A stretch of DNA of 64,000 bases, from the NCBI RefSeq assembly GCF_018977255.1, contig NW_024704743.1, forward strand, positions 84,694,001 through 84,758,000, in the 5' to 3' direction. The notes beneath the pieces were generated by a model, which was not told the DNA's origin, did no database searches, and was given only the letters and a program-made list of their open reading frames with translations. The stretch is from Callorhinchus milii. Lineage: Eukaryota. The position numbers and the translations under genes are program-made. Positions within the stretch are counted from its first letter, which is position 1, and every line of letters starts with the position of its first letter. Below are positions 36,488 to 49,384 of the stretch, piece after piece.

Positions 36488-39400
36488 CTATGCTATATAT
36501 ATGTTCTTTGTAGATCCAGTAATTCACCTATAAATTGAGTTCTACACTTTGCAATAAAATTCTGTGAAACACTTTTGAGACATTTCAATGACTTGATAAA
36601 GCACTACATCAAACGCAAGGATTATTATTCAGTAATTCCCAATAGTTTTCTTGCAGTGTTGCACTTCATACTGTGTGTGACTGACTTATTTCAGTTGCCC
36701 TGAGGAATTCTATGGAATGTCACTTCTCTGTTCTGTAATGATATTTCAGTGGAGTTTGTATATTATGCAGTTTATTTTAGAATCCTGTCCATCGATTAAA
36801 CTTGTAGCCTAGATTTCAGAGCAAATTCCTAGAGGAGGATTATGTAATGTCAAATGATTATGTATTATCAAACCTCCGGGATCTCATAAGCTAATTCATT
36901 CGGTGCATCTAGATGCTATGGGTTGAAGTATTTAAATACTCCTAGCAAATTTAGAAGCAAATCCTGAATGTAACATAATTTGCATTATCCAAGTGGACCT
37001 GGAAGTGTTGTGATGGATTATGGTGCGTTTTCAGTGGCATTGATGGACAGAGAATCCACTTGTGTGCAGTAGATTTGGAAGCGTGCTATTCCTGAGCATG
37101 GTGTTTATAAGTCACACCTGTACCTTCCTACATTTGACATGTCGGGTTCCATTGCTTTGAATAGGAACCAGGAGTTTGTCAAATGTTTCAGTTTATTTTT
37201 CTATGCCAAAAAATATATCCAGCATTCCCAATTGCTGGAAGGTGTTTTACAGCAAACGGCCTTTCAGTAGTAAAAGCAACCTTTTAATAGAAATTATGCA
37301 TTGATCAAATGTTGGCACACAAAGAAATGCTGCAGGGTGTGCCAATAAAAACATTAATTTTTCAACCCTAATAGTAATCTGTTGTAAAGTTAAAGCTAGC
37401 ATATTAATCAAATAGTCATGCATGATTATTTGGCACAAATTAGCATTTTTGTTTTTAAGCATTTTACATGATAAAGTAGAGATTGAATTTTATCCTTAAA
37501 TTTAAAAATATAAAGTTCAGTGACTATGTAAAATTCTGAACTTAGTTTTAATGTTTTGAGCATTAAAACATTGTTTTTAAATATATTTTGCCCACAAAAT
37601 ACAGTCAATCTATATTACAATATATTCTGTGAAGGGCTTTGAGATGGTTCAATGATGTGATAAGGCACTATATCAAATGCAAGGGTTATTATTATAAATA
37701 AAATTCCTACTATACTCGTGCTCCAAGAAATAGGATGGTTGTTACTTTAATACTGTTAACAAAATATATATAATGTATAATATGTATAAAATAAGCCCAT
37801 TGCGGGTGTAAGGTGGGAAGTATACATATATGAAAGAGATGAGGCATGAAGGGTAAGTGAGAAGGCAGGGCAATGGGATTGAATGAATATCTTGCTCTGA
37901 GAGCTGGTGCAGGTTTGATATATTTTTGATATAATTTTTTAATATATATAGTGTAGAGCATGCTATTTGGTAGATTAAATACTAATTATATAATTTGATA
38001 CAAATTTTATTCCATGTATTTTATACATAATGTATATATAAGGTTTGATGGTCTGAATGCTGTGCTTCTATGCTGTGAATTTCTGATTTTGTATTGATTG
38101 TCTAAAGTCAAGGCAATACTTGCTTAAAATTAAAAAAAAAACTTAACTTGCCTTCATCCATCCCTGCACTCTTACTATTGTTTGAATATTTTTATTTTAT
38201 AAACTTGTAGAATCTCTACATATTAGCAGTCTTTTTTGTTTTGGGAAACCTTGAGTATGGGGTCATGGGATGGATTTCTTGGTATGAAATTCATTTATAA
38301 TACCAAACAGTATGATATAGTAAAGCAAGCTTTACTGGTATTTATGGCATTTGGTGAAAAATCTTACAATTGCCACATATTGTAACAACAGAAATACCAG
38401 ATATTTGGGATAGCAAACGCATACACTTGGAATTTAGGTATTGGGTCTGGTAGAGCTCGCTATTTGACAATTAAATACTAACCTTGATTTTATTTATTTG
38501 TTTTTCATAGTTATAAAATATAGGTATAATACTTTAAAACATAGTATAGTACCAGTGCCTTGGGACGTTCTCCCGACGTGAAAGGTGCTTTACAAATGTA
38601 ATTTTGTTGTTGTTGTTTTGGATTATTGCTCGGACAAAGTGTCCTATTTAGACCCCTGATTTACACTGCTGTAATATCAAGTGTGCTCTTCAAAAACTGC
38701 TGAATTAGCAGTTTTATGTTTTGTGCAATGGGATTTTTTGGATTGGGGATAAGGCTAAAACTGATGAGAGTAACTTTTAGTTGCAGCTGTATAAATGCAT
38801 ACAGTAAGAGGAAGCCTTTATCTCATCTTGAGTATGAATAGGTTTTCATTGGTAAGTGTGAAGTATATGCTTAAGCTAACTCTGTCACCTATGTTCCTGA
38901 AACAGAAACTATTATATAGATATTACTTCCATGTTTGTAAGTATTAGCATTTTATCATGTTGAAATTCCCAATTTAATGTCATTTTTGTCATTGAAGCAT
39001 AACTTTAAAATAAGTCATTTTTTTTCTTTTATGTATTCTGAAATAATGCTTCATTTTATCCAGCAACATTATCAACAATTCATTTGTTCTTCGATTATAC
39101 AGTATTATGCACAGTTGGTGTTTTTTCACTAACTCAGCTGGAATTCCATTAAAGCTTGTGAAATTAGCAATACATAGTGTATATAGATCTGTTCTCCAGG
39201 GGCTTCAAGATGGATTGATTTCTCTGTCATGAGGTTTTCATCTACCTAGCTATCAAAAACATTTTGGCCATATGGAAATGGTATCATTGAATGTCATTTC
39301 CATATGAACTGAAGAAGGACATCTAATGTGTGGATTAATTTGGTCAGTGAGGTGCTTCAACCAATTATTGGTACCTTTGTTATGTTGAAGCCTGGGAAAA

Positions 39401-41137
39401 CTTTGAAACTGTTTATCATACATTGTGGGATAAATGCTGTTTAGCCTCATTGTAACATTGCTATTAACTCTTCCAACTGTCTCAGTTGTCATTTTCTAGC
39501 AATTCATGATGCAGCTCTAGGCTTTAGCTATTTGTTCAGTTGTCCTTGAGTGTTATTTTAAGTAAAACATTGGTGGAACATATTTTCCATAATGAAATTA
39601 GACTATCTTGTGATTGTGAGATTATGGGACTAGTAGTCCAGTAGCAGAGGATTGAGATTTTAAATTGCATTTTTAGGGAAGCAAATAGGATTATTGCACA
39701 GACTCAAATGTAGCATTCTGTGAACGACAAAAATCAGGCTATTAAATCCAGTAATTGAATTTCTGGTTTGCTGGGCCAATAGCTTCATACTGTACTCAAA
39801 ATGTCGTTTCAAATTGCAATTAGTGAAAACTTGCATAAATATATGTTAATTCTATGGCAAAATGTATTGAAAATTTTGTTTCTTCCAACTTTTCTGAATA
39901 AACGCACAAAAAAGGTTAGTCATTTCAGTGTGTTTGAGTGAGTATTTTAGCATACGACCCAGGAATATTCCCAATTGTCCTGAGTTGGCTGATCTCATCT
40001 GGGTGGCATGAGGCGGGGCAATTGATGTCAAAGCTATAGATTTGGGAAGAGAGAAAAAAATGATTTAACAAAGATTTTTCCATCCTGATTTTTAAAAAAT
40101 TCAATCTCTGGAATCTAAGTGCGTAAATGTATGCATTGGGTGAGAACAGGACATACTCCACATATATCTTTTATCCCAGTCATTTTTTCTTCCTGAGAAT
40201 TCAAACGACAGTAACAATTTATAATCCAAATGGTTATAAACTATTTATAGTTGTAGGCTTTTAATAGTTATACAATAATTATAAACAAAAATGTTTTTTG
40301 TTTCGGGAAACCTTGAGTATGCGCTCATGGGATTAGGGTGATATAAATTGTGTAGTTAGAAGCGAAACTTTGTGTAGGCTGATTGTGATAGATGTTCCTC
40401 TTTTTCTGAAATTGTCTGATTTCTGATGTGGTGGTTTTGATCCAACAGTTTCACTAAAAACTGACAAAATCTGCCCAACTAAGGCATGTAGATTTTTGTA
40501 GTGTAGGGTGAACTGGTGAAACTTGCAATATTTTAGTTGATACTCCAAGACCTCACCAACTTGTTTTTTTTATTACATTATGTTTCCTGTTGCATAGACA
40601 ATAAATACACTATCTTGCTCAACAGATTGTATCTCTTGGTTTTCTGTATACAGTGCTTGATATGTTATCTAGTTATCTATTGTAATTAAAATGAGGATTC
40701 TTTCAAAAGTGTAATTTGCATGCTTGGTGCTTAAGTGCATTACTTTGCTAATAGTTTTTTAAAAAATAAGTCTCCGATCATGAACATGGTGTATAATTTC
40801 CCTGTCTATATTTTGCTGTATCCACAGTCGTAGTGTATCAAAGAGCATTACAGAAGGGGTTGCAATACCATAAAGAAAACTATTTGTGATCCTGCTTTGT
40901 TGAGCAATTGTAAGCTTAATCTACAGAAATAGTAGGCGATCTGTAGATCTAATGAGTTTATACTCTTAAATAAAAGATAATAAAGAAATTATATTGGATG
41001 TAAATAGGACTCAGGCACAACACAGCATATATTATCTCCCGCCTTATTTGCACAATAGAACTATTTGTGATATTTAACCACTGAATCTCTTTTACAGTTT
41101 CAAAATAATACATGTTTTTTTATCATATCTACAATGT

Positions 41138-41454
41138 GGAGTCCTGTAGCTCAGTGGTTAGAACACTTGCCTTGCAAGCGAGACACCTGGGTTCAATTCC
41201 TGGCAGAGCGAAACCTTAGGCAAGTTTCCTTACTCCACACGCCTAATCATAATCCCTCCAAAAACAAAACAAAAAAAACACTAATAAATTGGTCATTTTC
41301 AATCCACGACTGTTGTGGGACACTGCTGTGCGCAATTGGCTGCCGCATTTTGCCCACAAATATACAGTCAATTCATTTTACAGTCTATTCTGTGAAGCGC
41401 TTTGAGATGTTGAAGATGTGAAAAGCACTATATCAAATGCAAGGATTATTATTA
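41138..41454 (+). mobile_element. Full-length tRNA-derived SINE, short variant
   Basis: GGAGTCCTGTAGCTCAGTGGTTAGA..GGTTCAATTCC..tatcaaatgcaaggattattatta. Confidence 0.95.
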
Positions 41455-41774
41455 TATATTAAATTGAAATGTATGGTATCACAAAACCTTCACCTAAATA
41501 ATAAAAGCCTCTTTGCACAAGAATGCTGCGACTCTTCTCAAAAGCAGCAAACTGCAATTTTTCTCCTCGGGTCAAAAAATAAAGTCATTTTATTTGTACA
41601 GTCTTTTAAAAAAAGAATTTTGCTGCTCAGGGAGGATCAATATCCTTTCACTTTACCTGACAAAAAATACGATGGTTTCCTTCCAGACTGTTGAATATTT
41701 TTCTTAATAAGTGCTTCAGGCAGTGCCAGAGACTGCACTAGTGAAAATGAACCAACTGCCTGAATGCTGGATAA

Positions 41775-41920
41775 AAATAATAATCCTTGCATTTGATAGC
41801 ACGCCTTATCATGTCTTTGAGAATTTACTATATTGTGCGCGAAACGCAGCAGCCAATTGCCCACGTTAGTGTCCCAAAAACAGTAGTGGATTGAGTGACC
41901 AAATTATTATTATTTTTTGA
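41775..41920 (-). mobile_element. SINE 3' fragment
   Basis: aataataatccttgcatttgatag..gcagccaattg..gattgagtgaccaaattattatt. Confidence 0.85.
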
Positions 41921-42247
41921 AGTACCAATATCAGTCACTTCATGGTGAATAAAGCTTTTAATAATCAGATCATTATAAAATTATAGTCGCTTTCTGCAGT
42001 GACTGCTGATTTGAATTGTGTCGATTTAGTCGGATCTATAAACTTGGCATATGATAAGAGGGACAAGACAATACAGTAGTGATAAAATCTAGGTGTCTGA
42101 TTTTTATGTGTGAAATGGCAGTATTTAGGACTTGGAAATAAAAAATAATATTGGATGCTAAATAAATGATCTATTGAGACTTCAGAAAATGGCAATAGAC
42201 TAAATGGAATATCCTCTTACACTATCACTATTTATTACTATTTATGT

Positions 42248-42554
42248 GGAGTCCTGTAGCTCAGTGGTTAGAGCACTCGCTTTGCAAGCGAGAGACCTGA
42301 GTTCAATTCCAGGCAGAGGGCGAAACCTTGGGCAAGTTTCCTTACTCCACACGCCTAATAATAATCCCTCCAAAAACAATAATAAATTGGTCATTTTCAA
42401 TCTACAACTGTTTGTGGGACATTGCTGTGAGCAATTGGCTGCCGCGTTCGCCCACAAATATACAGTCAATTCACTTTACAGTGTGTTCTGTGAAGCGCTT
42501 TGGGACGTCCTCCCGACGTGAAAAGCGCTATATCAAATGCAAGGATTATTATTA
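42248..42554 (+). mobile_element. Full-length young tRNA-derived SINE, short variant (reference copy)
   Basis: Pol III A box TAGCTCAGTGG and B box GTTCAATTCC. Anticodon arm CTCGC-tttgcaa-GCGAG (TGC = Ala), Deu-like body, L2-type stem-loop tail and (ATT)n end. Confidence 0.96.
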
Positions 42555-44314
42555 CTAAATTCAAGGAGCCATTTTTCAAAAAGGATATGGGATGTTAAAA
42601 AAAATGCCATAAAGTAAATAAAATCCTCTTGAAAGCAAAAAATATCTTTAATTGTTCAATATCTTCAAAGAGGAATAGGATCATCCAACTTAAAGAGAAT
42701 CCAGCTGGGACAAATTCCCTTTAAGAAATGATTGCCTTGGCTGTCAGGTAGTATTCTGGTCAGGGAGCGATTGGTATCTGGATATCCAGCATTCAGCCTG
42801 TTGCTTCATTTCCACTCGTGCAGTTTCTGGCACTGCCTGAAACAGTTTCTTTGAGACTGAACAGCCGTTGATTGATGTGGGCCCCAATATCTAGACTATA
42901 GCGCTGGTCATAGAACTCTTAGCGTTCAAATTTAAACTGACATATTCAGTCTTTTAAAAACATCTCTTAAGAATTTTCTGAAAGTTTCTTTTTAGTGCAA
43001 AAGTGCGGTGTCCTCATATTGTCAGCTTTTGTGACAATCTGACCTCTCCCACTCATGGTCTTATTCCAAGCAGTGCCCTCCTAAAGGCTCCGAACATTTT
43101 TGAGTGCAGTGACTGATACTGAAGGAGCTTGGATACCACTCCCAATTTATGGTTGATTCAAGAAGAAAACATGATTTTTAAAGAGCATTTCATGCACTGA
43201 GACACCATATTACGTTTACCCCAGTGTTGACCCTAATAGCATTGTGATAGGATGCTTTACATTTAGAAAGTGTATTGGAAAGGTTTTCTCTTCCACTCTT
43301 CTAATCCCCAAATTGTCGTTCTTCTTAAAGTTAATCAAATCATCAAAAGGTTCACTATCTTCCCCATCTCCCAGCAAATTGATTTTGAAGTCCCCCACCT
43401 ACAAATCCATCCAGTCTCTGGATCCCCTTTATCTCTACAATCTTCACTCGCCCCCTTCACTCAGCTAACTAGGGTTTCTGCGCATCCCATGCCCTTTCAA
43501 TGCCACCATTAGTGGCTGAGCCTTCAGTTCCTATGCCCTTAAGCTCTGGAATTTCCTTCCCGTTCCACTCTCAGACCCCCTCTCTTTCCATCTTTAAGTT
43601 CTGCCTTTTTGAACCTCCTTCTTCGGTATCCAACTGTGTCCCCGTGAAGAACTCAAAGACATTGCTCTATGTGAAAGGCACCATATAAATGCAAGTTGTT
43701 GTCATTTAAGAGCCTTTGAATTCCTGTGAACTCTTTTTCAGTTGATATGGTTGACTTGCTGCCTCTCGTCTCAGCATAAAGGAGTTGAAGCTGCACATAT
43801 TGTAATAGGCCCGTTATACCTCACTATGTAAATTCGCACTGAAGCCTCATCCTTTTCTGCTTAAGTTTTTTTTACTTAGTTGTACTTGTTCCAGGAAATG
43901 GTTCTGAACTTTATCGTTCTTTTTACGTTGAAAGGAGCACTAATTAATTGAAATGCACAAGCACACTAACCATGTATGTGTACCAAAAAAACTCTTGACT
44001 TAAAACGCGATTGAGAAGGATTGAGTAGCCAATATGAAAAACATTTGAGCAAAAGGAGCTGGGAAACAGAAAAAAAAGTTTAAGTTGGTAATTTGGGGCT
44101 TGTGTTTTCAAGTAGTGCTAAAGGTGAGCTCCCTCCCAATAACATTCGAAGAAAGCTTATCGTGGTGAACTCATGTTTCTGGAACATCAAAGAATACTTT
44201 TGCAATTTAGATAAAAGCCATTAATTTGAGGTGGTACAATTGCCTTTAACCCAATTTTTAAAAAATGATTCTGGAAGTTGATGAATATTTAGAATTGTGT
44301 CCCTTTCCTTGTAG

Positions 44315-44465
44315 TTGCTGTGACTGGCTTGCAAACATCTGTCGGAGAAAGAAGGAACATAAGGCTCGCACGGTATGGCTGGGATGTCCAGAGAAGTGTG
44401 AGGAAAAATATCCAAGGAATGCCATCAAAAACCAGAAGTATAACTTCTTTACGTTTGTACCTGGG
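44315..44465 (+). CDS. ATP9B: ATP9B coding exon 3, 151 bp
   Basis: Boundaries ctttccttgtag|T...GGG|gtgagt. Translates (S)[50 protein letters not shown], including the P4-ATPase N-x-I-x-N-x-KY motif. Phase 2 to 0. Confidence 0.97.
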
Positions 44466-44954
44466 GTGAGTGAATGAACCTTGCGTGCATTTGGAAATTT
44501 TCAGCAAATCTAAAACCTACAAACTAAGAGACAATGCCAGTCCTTCTCTATTACTCCTTACAGTGCTGGTCCTTATCTCTATTTCTGTACCCCACAAAGT
44601 CAATCTCGAGGCAGCAAATAATTTGTTCAGCAGCTTTAACAAATTTGCAGTCGTGTCTATGTTATGACGTTGCCTGTTGCTAACATTATTTCCCACTTCC
44701 AGAACTGGTTGTATTTTTCTGTAAAATAACAAAATCCTGCAACTTTAATTGCACTTGCTGGGCCTTTTCAGTTTTCCTATTAGAGCTGGATGAACATTTA
44801 TCAGTTTTTTTAAAAAAAAATCCTTCCAATCCCTGTAGCTCCCACAAACACCAAAAATAGATTTTCTGAATGTAAAGATGTACCATTTATCTGCTCCTCA
44901 CAAGGTTGTCTGACTAGAAAATGTGCACTTATAGATATAAAACATCAGTGAAGC

Positions 44955-45240
44955 ATCAATAGGTCAGTTGGTAGCACTCTTGAAGTTTCAAGCCCCATGT
45001 CGAGACTTTGAGCTCAAAATTAGACATTAAACTTTGCTGTTTGCTTTTTAAGGTGGATGTTAAAGAATCCATGGCATTATTCAAAAAAGGAAGGGAGTTT
45101 GACCCAGTGTCCTGACCAACAACTTCTCTCAGATAAACTTGAGTATTCACCTCATGGCTGTTTTAGGACTTTGCTATGGTGCAAACCCGAGTGCCTTGTT
45201 TGACTCCAAATAGACGCTTTACGTTTTCTGCTGTGAAATG
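44955..45240 (+). mobile_element. Deu-domain SINE remnant
   Basis: cagttggtagcactct..ttcaagcccc..aggtggatgttaaagaatccatggcattattc..ctcatggctgttttaggactttgctat. Confidence 0.65.
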
Positions 45241-45689
45241 TATAATCATTTTGCTCTTGCCGCAGTTTTTTTTTCTCTCCCCACATTGCAGTCCTGGCTC
45301 CCACAGTACAAGTCCTTTGCTACTGCAAATTCCCGCTACCACTTTGTTAAACTGAGTGTCCCGGCATGAAATCACAGTGACTTTATTGTGAGATATCACT
45401 GCTTTGTGGTTGAATGAATATGTGGTTATAGGCATGCAGATATTGTGAGCTATTGTGTATCGTTATATTCTCTCTCGTGGGAGTGCTTGGAATAATTTTC
45501 TCCAGACTTTATTTCCTCTTTCCAAGTCTGGGTTATGCTTCTTTCTCTAAACCTCCCTGCCTTCCCGACCACTTTCCTTCAAATGCAGTTGTAGGTGACT
45601 GTGGTTTTACTTTGTATTTAACAGCTTTTAAGATGGTGCAAGAAAAAACCTTATGAATCAATCTTAATTATAATCATTTTATCATGCAG

Positions 45690-45803
45690 GTGTTGTATCA
45701 ACAGTTCAAGTTTTTCTTGAATCTTTATTTTTTGGTGGTGTCATGTTCACAATTTGTACCAGAACTGAAGATAGGCTATCTGTATACATACTGGGCTCCT
45801 CTG
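45690..45803 (+). CDS. ATP9B: ATP9B coding exon 4, 114 bp (TM1 and start of TM2)
   Basis: Boundaries tgcag|GTG...CTG|gtgagt. Translates [38 protein letters not shown]. Phase 0 to 0. Confidence 0.97.
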
Positions 45804-47422
45804 GTGAGTAATGTGTTAAATGTTAAGTTTGGAATGCTTTATGCATTTTTTAATATTCTCAAAGTAGTTATTTTAAAACAATATTTTCCTGATTTTATTT
45901 GGTTGTTAAGCACTCTTCAGGAGAAACCTCAGTACAGGAACTCCAATAAATGTTCTCAATAATCATTAACCACTGATCTTTAACCTTATCTCTCCTTAAT
46001 TTAAGCAAATTCATATGCTGCCTCTATTGCTCACCTGGATAATTTTTGACAGCTTTCAACTTTCTGTTACGTGAATCAGAATCTGTCAAATCTAAAAGTA
46101 ACTTAAGGACATGGAATAGATTCTGAATCACTTAAAAGTCTTTTATGGGTCGAGGAGAGTGTGGATTTTGCCCCTCTTTGGCTGATCAAGCCCAGAAAAC
46201 AAAATTAAACTTAAAAACAAGTAACCACAATGACTGGAGATTACAATTTTATAAAGGGAGGGGGGGAGATCAGTACTTCAAATTAAAGACAGGCGAGCGA
46301 TCTGGAAGAATGTGATTCTGTTTGCTGGAGAGAGTGGTCCACCTACTGGTAGTCACTGAATGTTTCTTAACCAACAAAAGGAACACCCAAGATTTTTTGG
46401 GGGTAAATTCTGTGCCTGATTTTTTAATTGAGAAATGCTAAAAATTCTTACTGCAGCTTCTTGTATTTGATAGTCATACAACATTGGTAAAACATCAGAA
46501 GGATGCAATGCGATTATATGAGTAGGTGATGTTTGTTCCCTGACCTGAACTCAATTTGAATTGACCAATTTTATTTTAGAGGATTTTGAATTTTTAACTC
46601 AATGCAATACTGAATGCTAGCCAATCGAACCAAGAGCCATCATTGAACCTTAAAGTTGTATCCTGCTTAATCCTGTTTGATGCATACAGCATTTGTATAT
46701 AGTGTTGGTTGATGTAGTCTTCTGCTTTTTTACATTTTGCCAAAAATTGCTTTGTCTATTTGAAATTATAAATTTGAAATGGGTTCCTTTTACAGACACT
46801 TTAGAACATTTAAAAGAGCTAATTTGGGTTGTTGCTCAATATTTGACTTTAGATGAGGAGTGGACTGTTGTGAATTTTCTAGATTGTGTAAACTGCAATC
46901 CAGCAAACACCATTAATGAGAAGCCAACATTCAAGTTTTCAGAGTCCACATAATAATAATAATAATCCTTGAATTTGATATAGCGCTTTTCACGTCGGGA
47001 GGATAATAGATGAAATCAGTGACCATTTGGCCTGGGATATATGAACAAAATGACTTCAAAGACTTTTGGTAATACTGTAGTAACATTATGTTACAATCAG
47101 TGTGTCTTGAAATAGAGTAAAAATATCAAATGGGAACACCATAAACCTTGGTCAAAATGCCTTGTTATTGCTATTTGCGCTTATTGTGTTAGTCAATTAG
47201 TGAATTGTGACTTCTAGTATATGGGAGAAATAGGGGTGCCCTGATTGTTTAATTAACAGTCAATGAAAAGTTAATTCTTCTTTGTTGGTTAATGACCTAA
47301 ATAAAGGTATCTGTAAATCTCCCCCCCACCACCCCCCAAAAAAAATGGTTTACCGATTTGCATAATAGATGCTAATAATGTTGCTTTTCATTATTCCTAA
47401 TGCCGTAACTGTTATTCTCCAG

Positions 47423-47531
47423 GGTTTTGTTATGGCAGTGACAATAGTCCGAGAAGCATTGGATGAGTTTCGTCGTTATCAGCGAGATGAAGAGATGAAC
47501 TCTCAGCTCTACAGCAAACTTACCATACGAG
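47423..47531 (+). CDS. ATP9B: ATP9B coding exon 5, 109 bp
   Basis: Boundaries ttctccag|GGT...CGAG|gtgaga. Translates [36 protein letters not shown](G). Phase 0 to 1. Confidence 0.97.
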
Positions 47532-48755
47532 GTGAGAGTATTTTTCTCACAACCCCATACAGTAATAATTTGTAGGTAGGTTAGTCAGTAGTTTTTATAA
47601 ATACTAATCATTAGAATTTTTGAAAATTAACAATTCTGATGTTTTGAATACTGAATTATTTACTTACATAAAATTTGAAATTGATGCCTCCGAAGTTCCA
47701 CTGATGCAATCAGGTTTGACAATCTTTGATGCAAGATTCAATATACCGCCGGTGGTGTGATATATATTAGTGTGTGTCTGTATGTGTATATGTATGTGTG
47801 TGTATATATTTTTACCATGCTTCAAAATGCTATCCTGTGTGAAGGACATTATTTAAATACAAATTGTTCTATATTTTGCAATAGTAATTTGCACTTATAT
47901 AGCGCTATTCACGCAGAGTAGCGTCCCAGGGCGCTTCAATGAATTTATTCTTGCCTAGTCATTCTCAGTTTAAAATTCTCCATTGCAAGCTCATGCGTAC
48001 GTTGCAGAGTGCTGGTGTGAAATCTGCAACCAGCAATGAAAAGCAATAGTTTCACTGGGACTGACTTCCTGACTTCCATAAGTAGGTATTAAATGGCTCT
48101 ATCTGAGATGACCTAAGGAGCAAGAATTTTATCCATGCAGTTTCCCATTAGTTTCCTGTGGCCTTGTGCCCAGTATTACATTGGAATTAGGCCTGTAGGA
48201 TTAGAAACAAGATTTTATAAATTGAAAAATGAACCTTGGGAAAATATTTTATGAAAATTGCTCCAAAAGCTTTAATAATATAAAGTTTTATTCACATCCT
48301 ACTTTTATTGCAGAATTTCCAAGTATGACGTCCATCAGTAAAATGTGCCTTAAGTAGTAATGACTGTAACCCTTCAGTTACTGAGCTGGAACTATTGTTA
48401 TCATTGCTTTGTCTTTTCATAAAGATGTGCTCGACGAGCTAGGTCTGACTTGTTTGCTTTTTCTTATCTCATTGCAAGTAGCACGTCGACTGCTATTTGT
48501 GACCAAAGGAGTTTAAATAAATTGCTTTGTGCAATTAAGAGTATCTTTAAAACATCCAATATAATTTATTATAAACTTAATGGGTTAATGACTGATAACA
48601 ATATTGGGGTAAAATGCAAAATTTACCAAACTGATTTGTATTAATTGCATCTTTCACATTTTGAGATTCCAAATTGGGCAGTTTGTGTCCTATCNAAAAA
48701 AAATCTGGCCACCAGTTGAACTGATGTGCACTAATTAATTTGTTTTTTGTTTTAG

Positions 48756-48814
48756 GCAAAGTACAGGTGAAGAGCTCTGACATCCAAGTGGGAGATCTTA
48801 TTATAGTTGAGAAG
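48756..48814 (+). CDS. ATP9B: ATP9B coding exon 6, 59 bp (actuator domain)
   Basis: Boundaries ttttgttttag|GC...AAG|gtttgt. Translates (G)KVQVKSSDIQVGDLIIVEK, containing the P-type ATPase VGD motif. Phase 1 to 0. Confidence 0.96.
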
Positions 48815-49384
48815 GTTTGTACCTGTTGTATTTCTTCATGTTCTTAAATCCTCTAAATGAGAAGCGTAGTAGAGAACCTGATATTTCTTAATTGGGACAT
48901 GGGAACCAAAAATAAGCAAAATAAAATTGGCAAATTTTAAAACTTTTTCCATCAGTTGTACTGTAACTGTAATCTCTTCGACTTTTTCCTAGTGCATCTC
49001 TCGCACTCTCCCTCAACCAATTTGCGCACAGCAGTGTCCCACAAATAGGCATGAAGTGAATGACCAGATATAGATTTCTAATAAGTACTAGAAATAAGAA
49101 TTTGCTAAATTGTCCACATTGATCATACAACTCAAAAGAGAAATGAATTGATTCATTTGTATTAACACTTTGGCAGCATAATACAAGTGAACATCAAAGT
49201 GAACAAATTAAAGAATGTTGAATCGATAAAAAGAGGATAAGTGCCAAAAAGTATTATCAAACAGCAAAATGTATCATGTGAAAAATAAATATAACAAATA
49301 GAGGAATATTTAAGTAAAATTAAAGTTAAAATAAATATGCAAAAATAGAAAAGTAATGCATACCAATAATCCTGCAAAACAAAG

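Noticed and set aside
42248..42320. tRNA-Ala(TGC)-like sequences (also 41138, 50323, 51134, 3461, 33095)
   Set aside because: These are SINE heads. There is no closing acceptor stem or T-run terminator, and each continues into the same SINE body.
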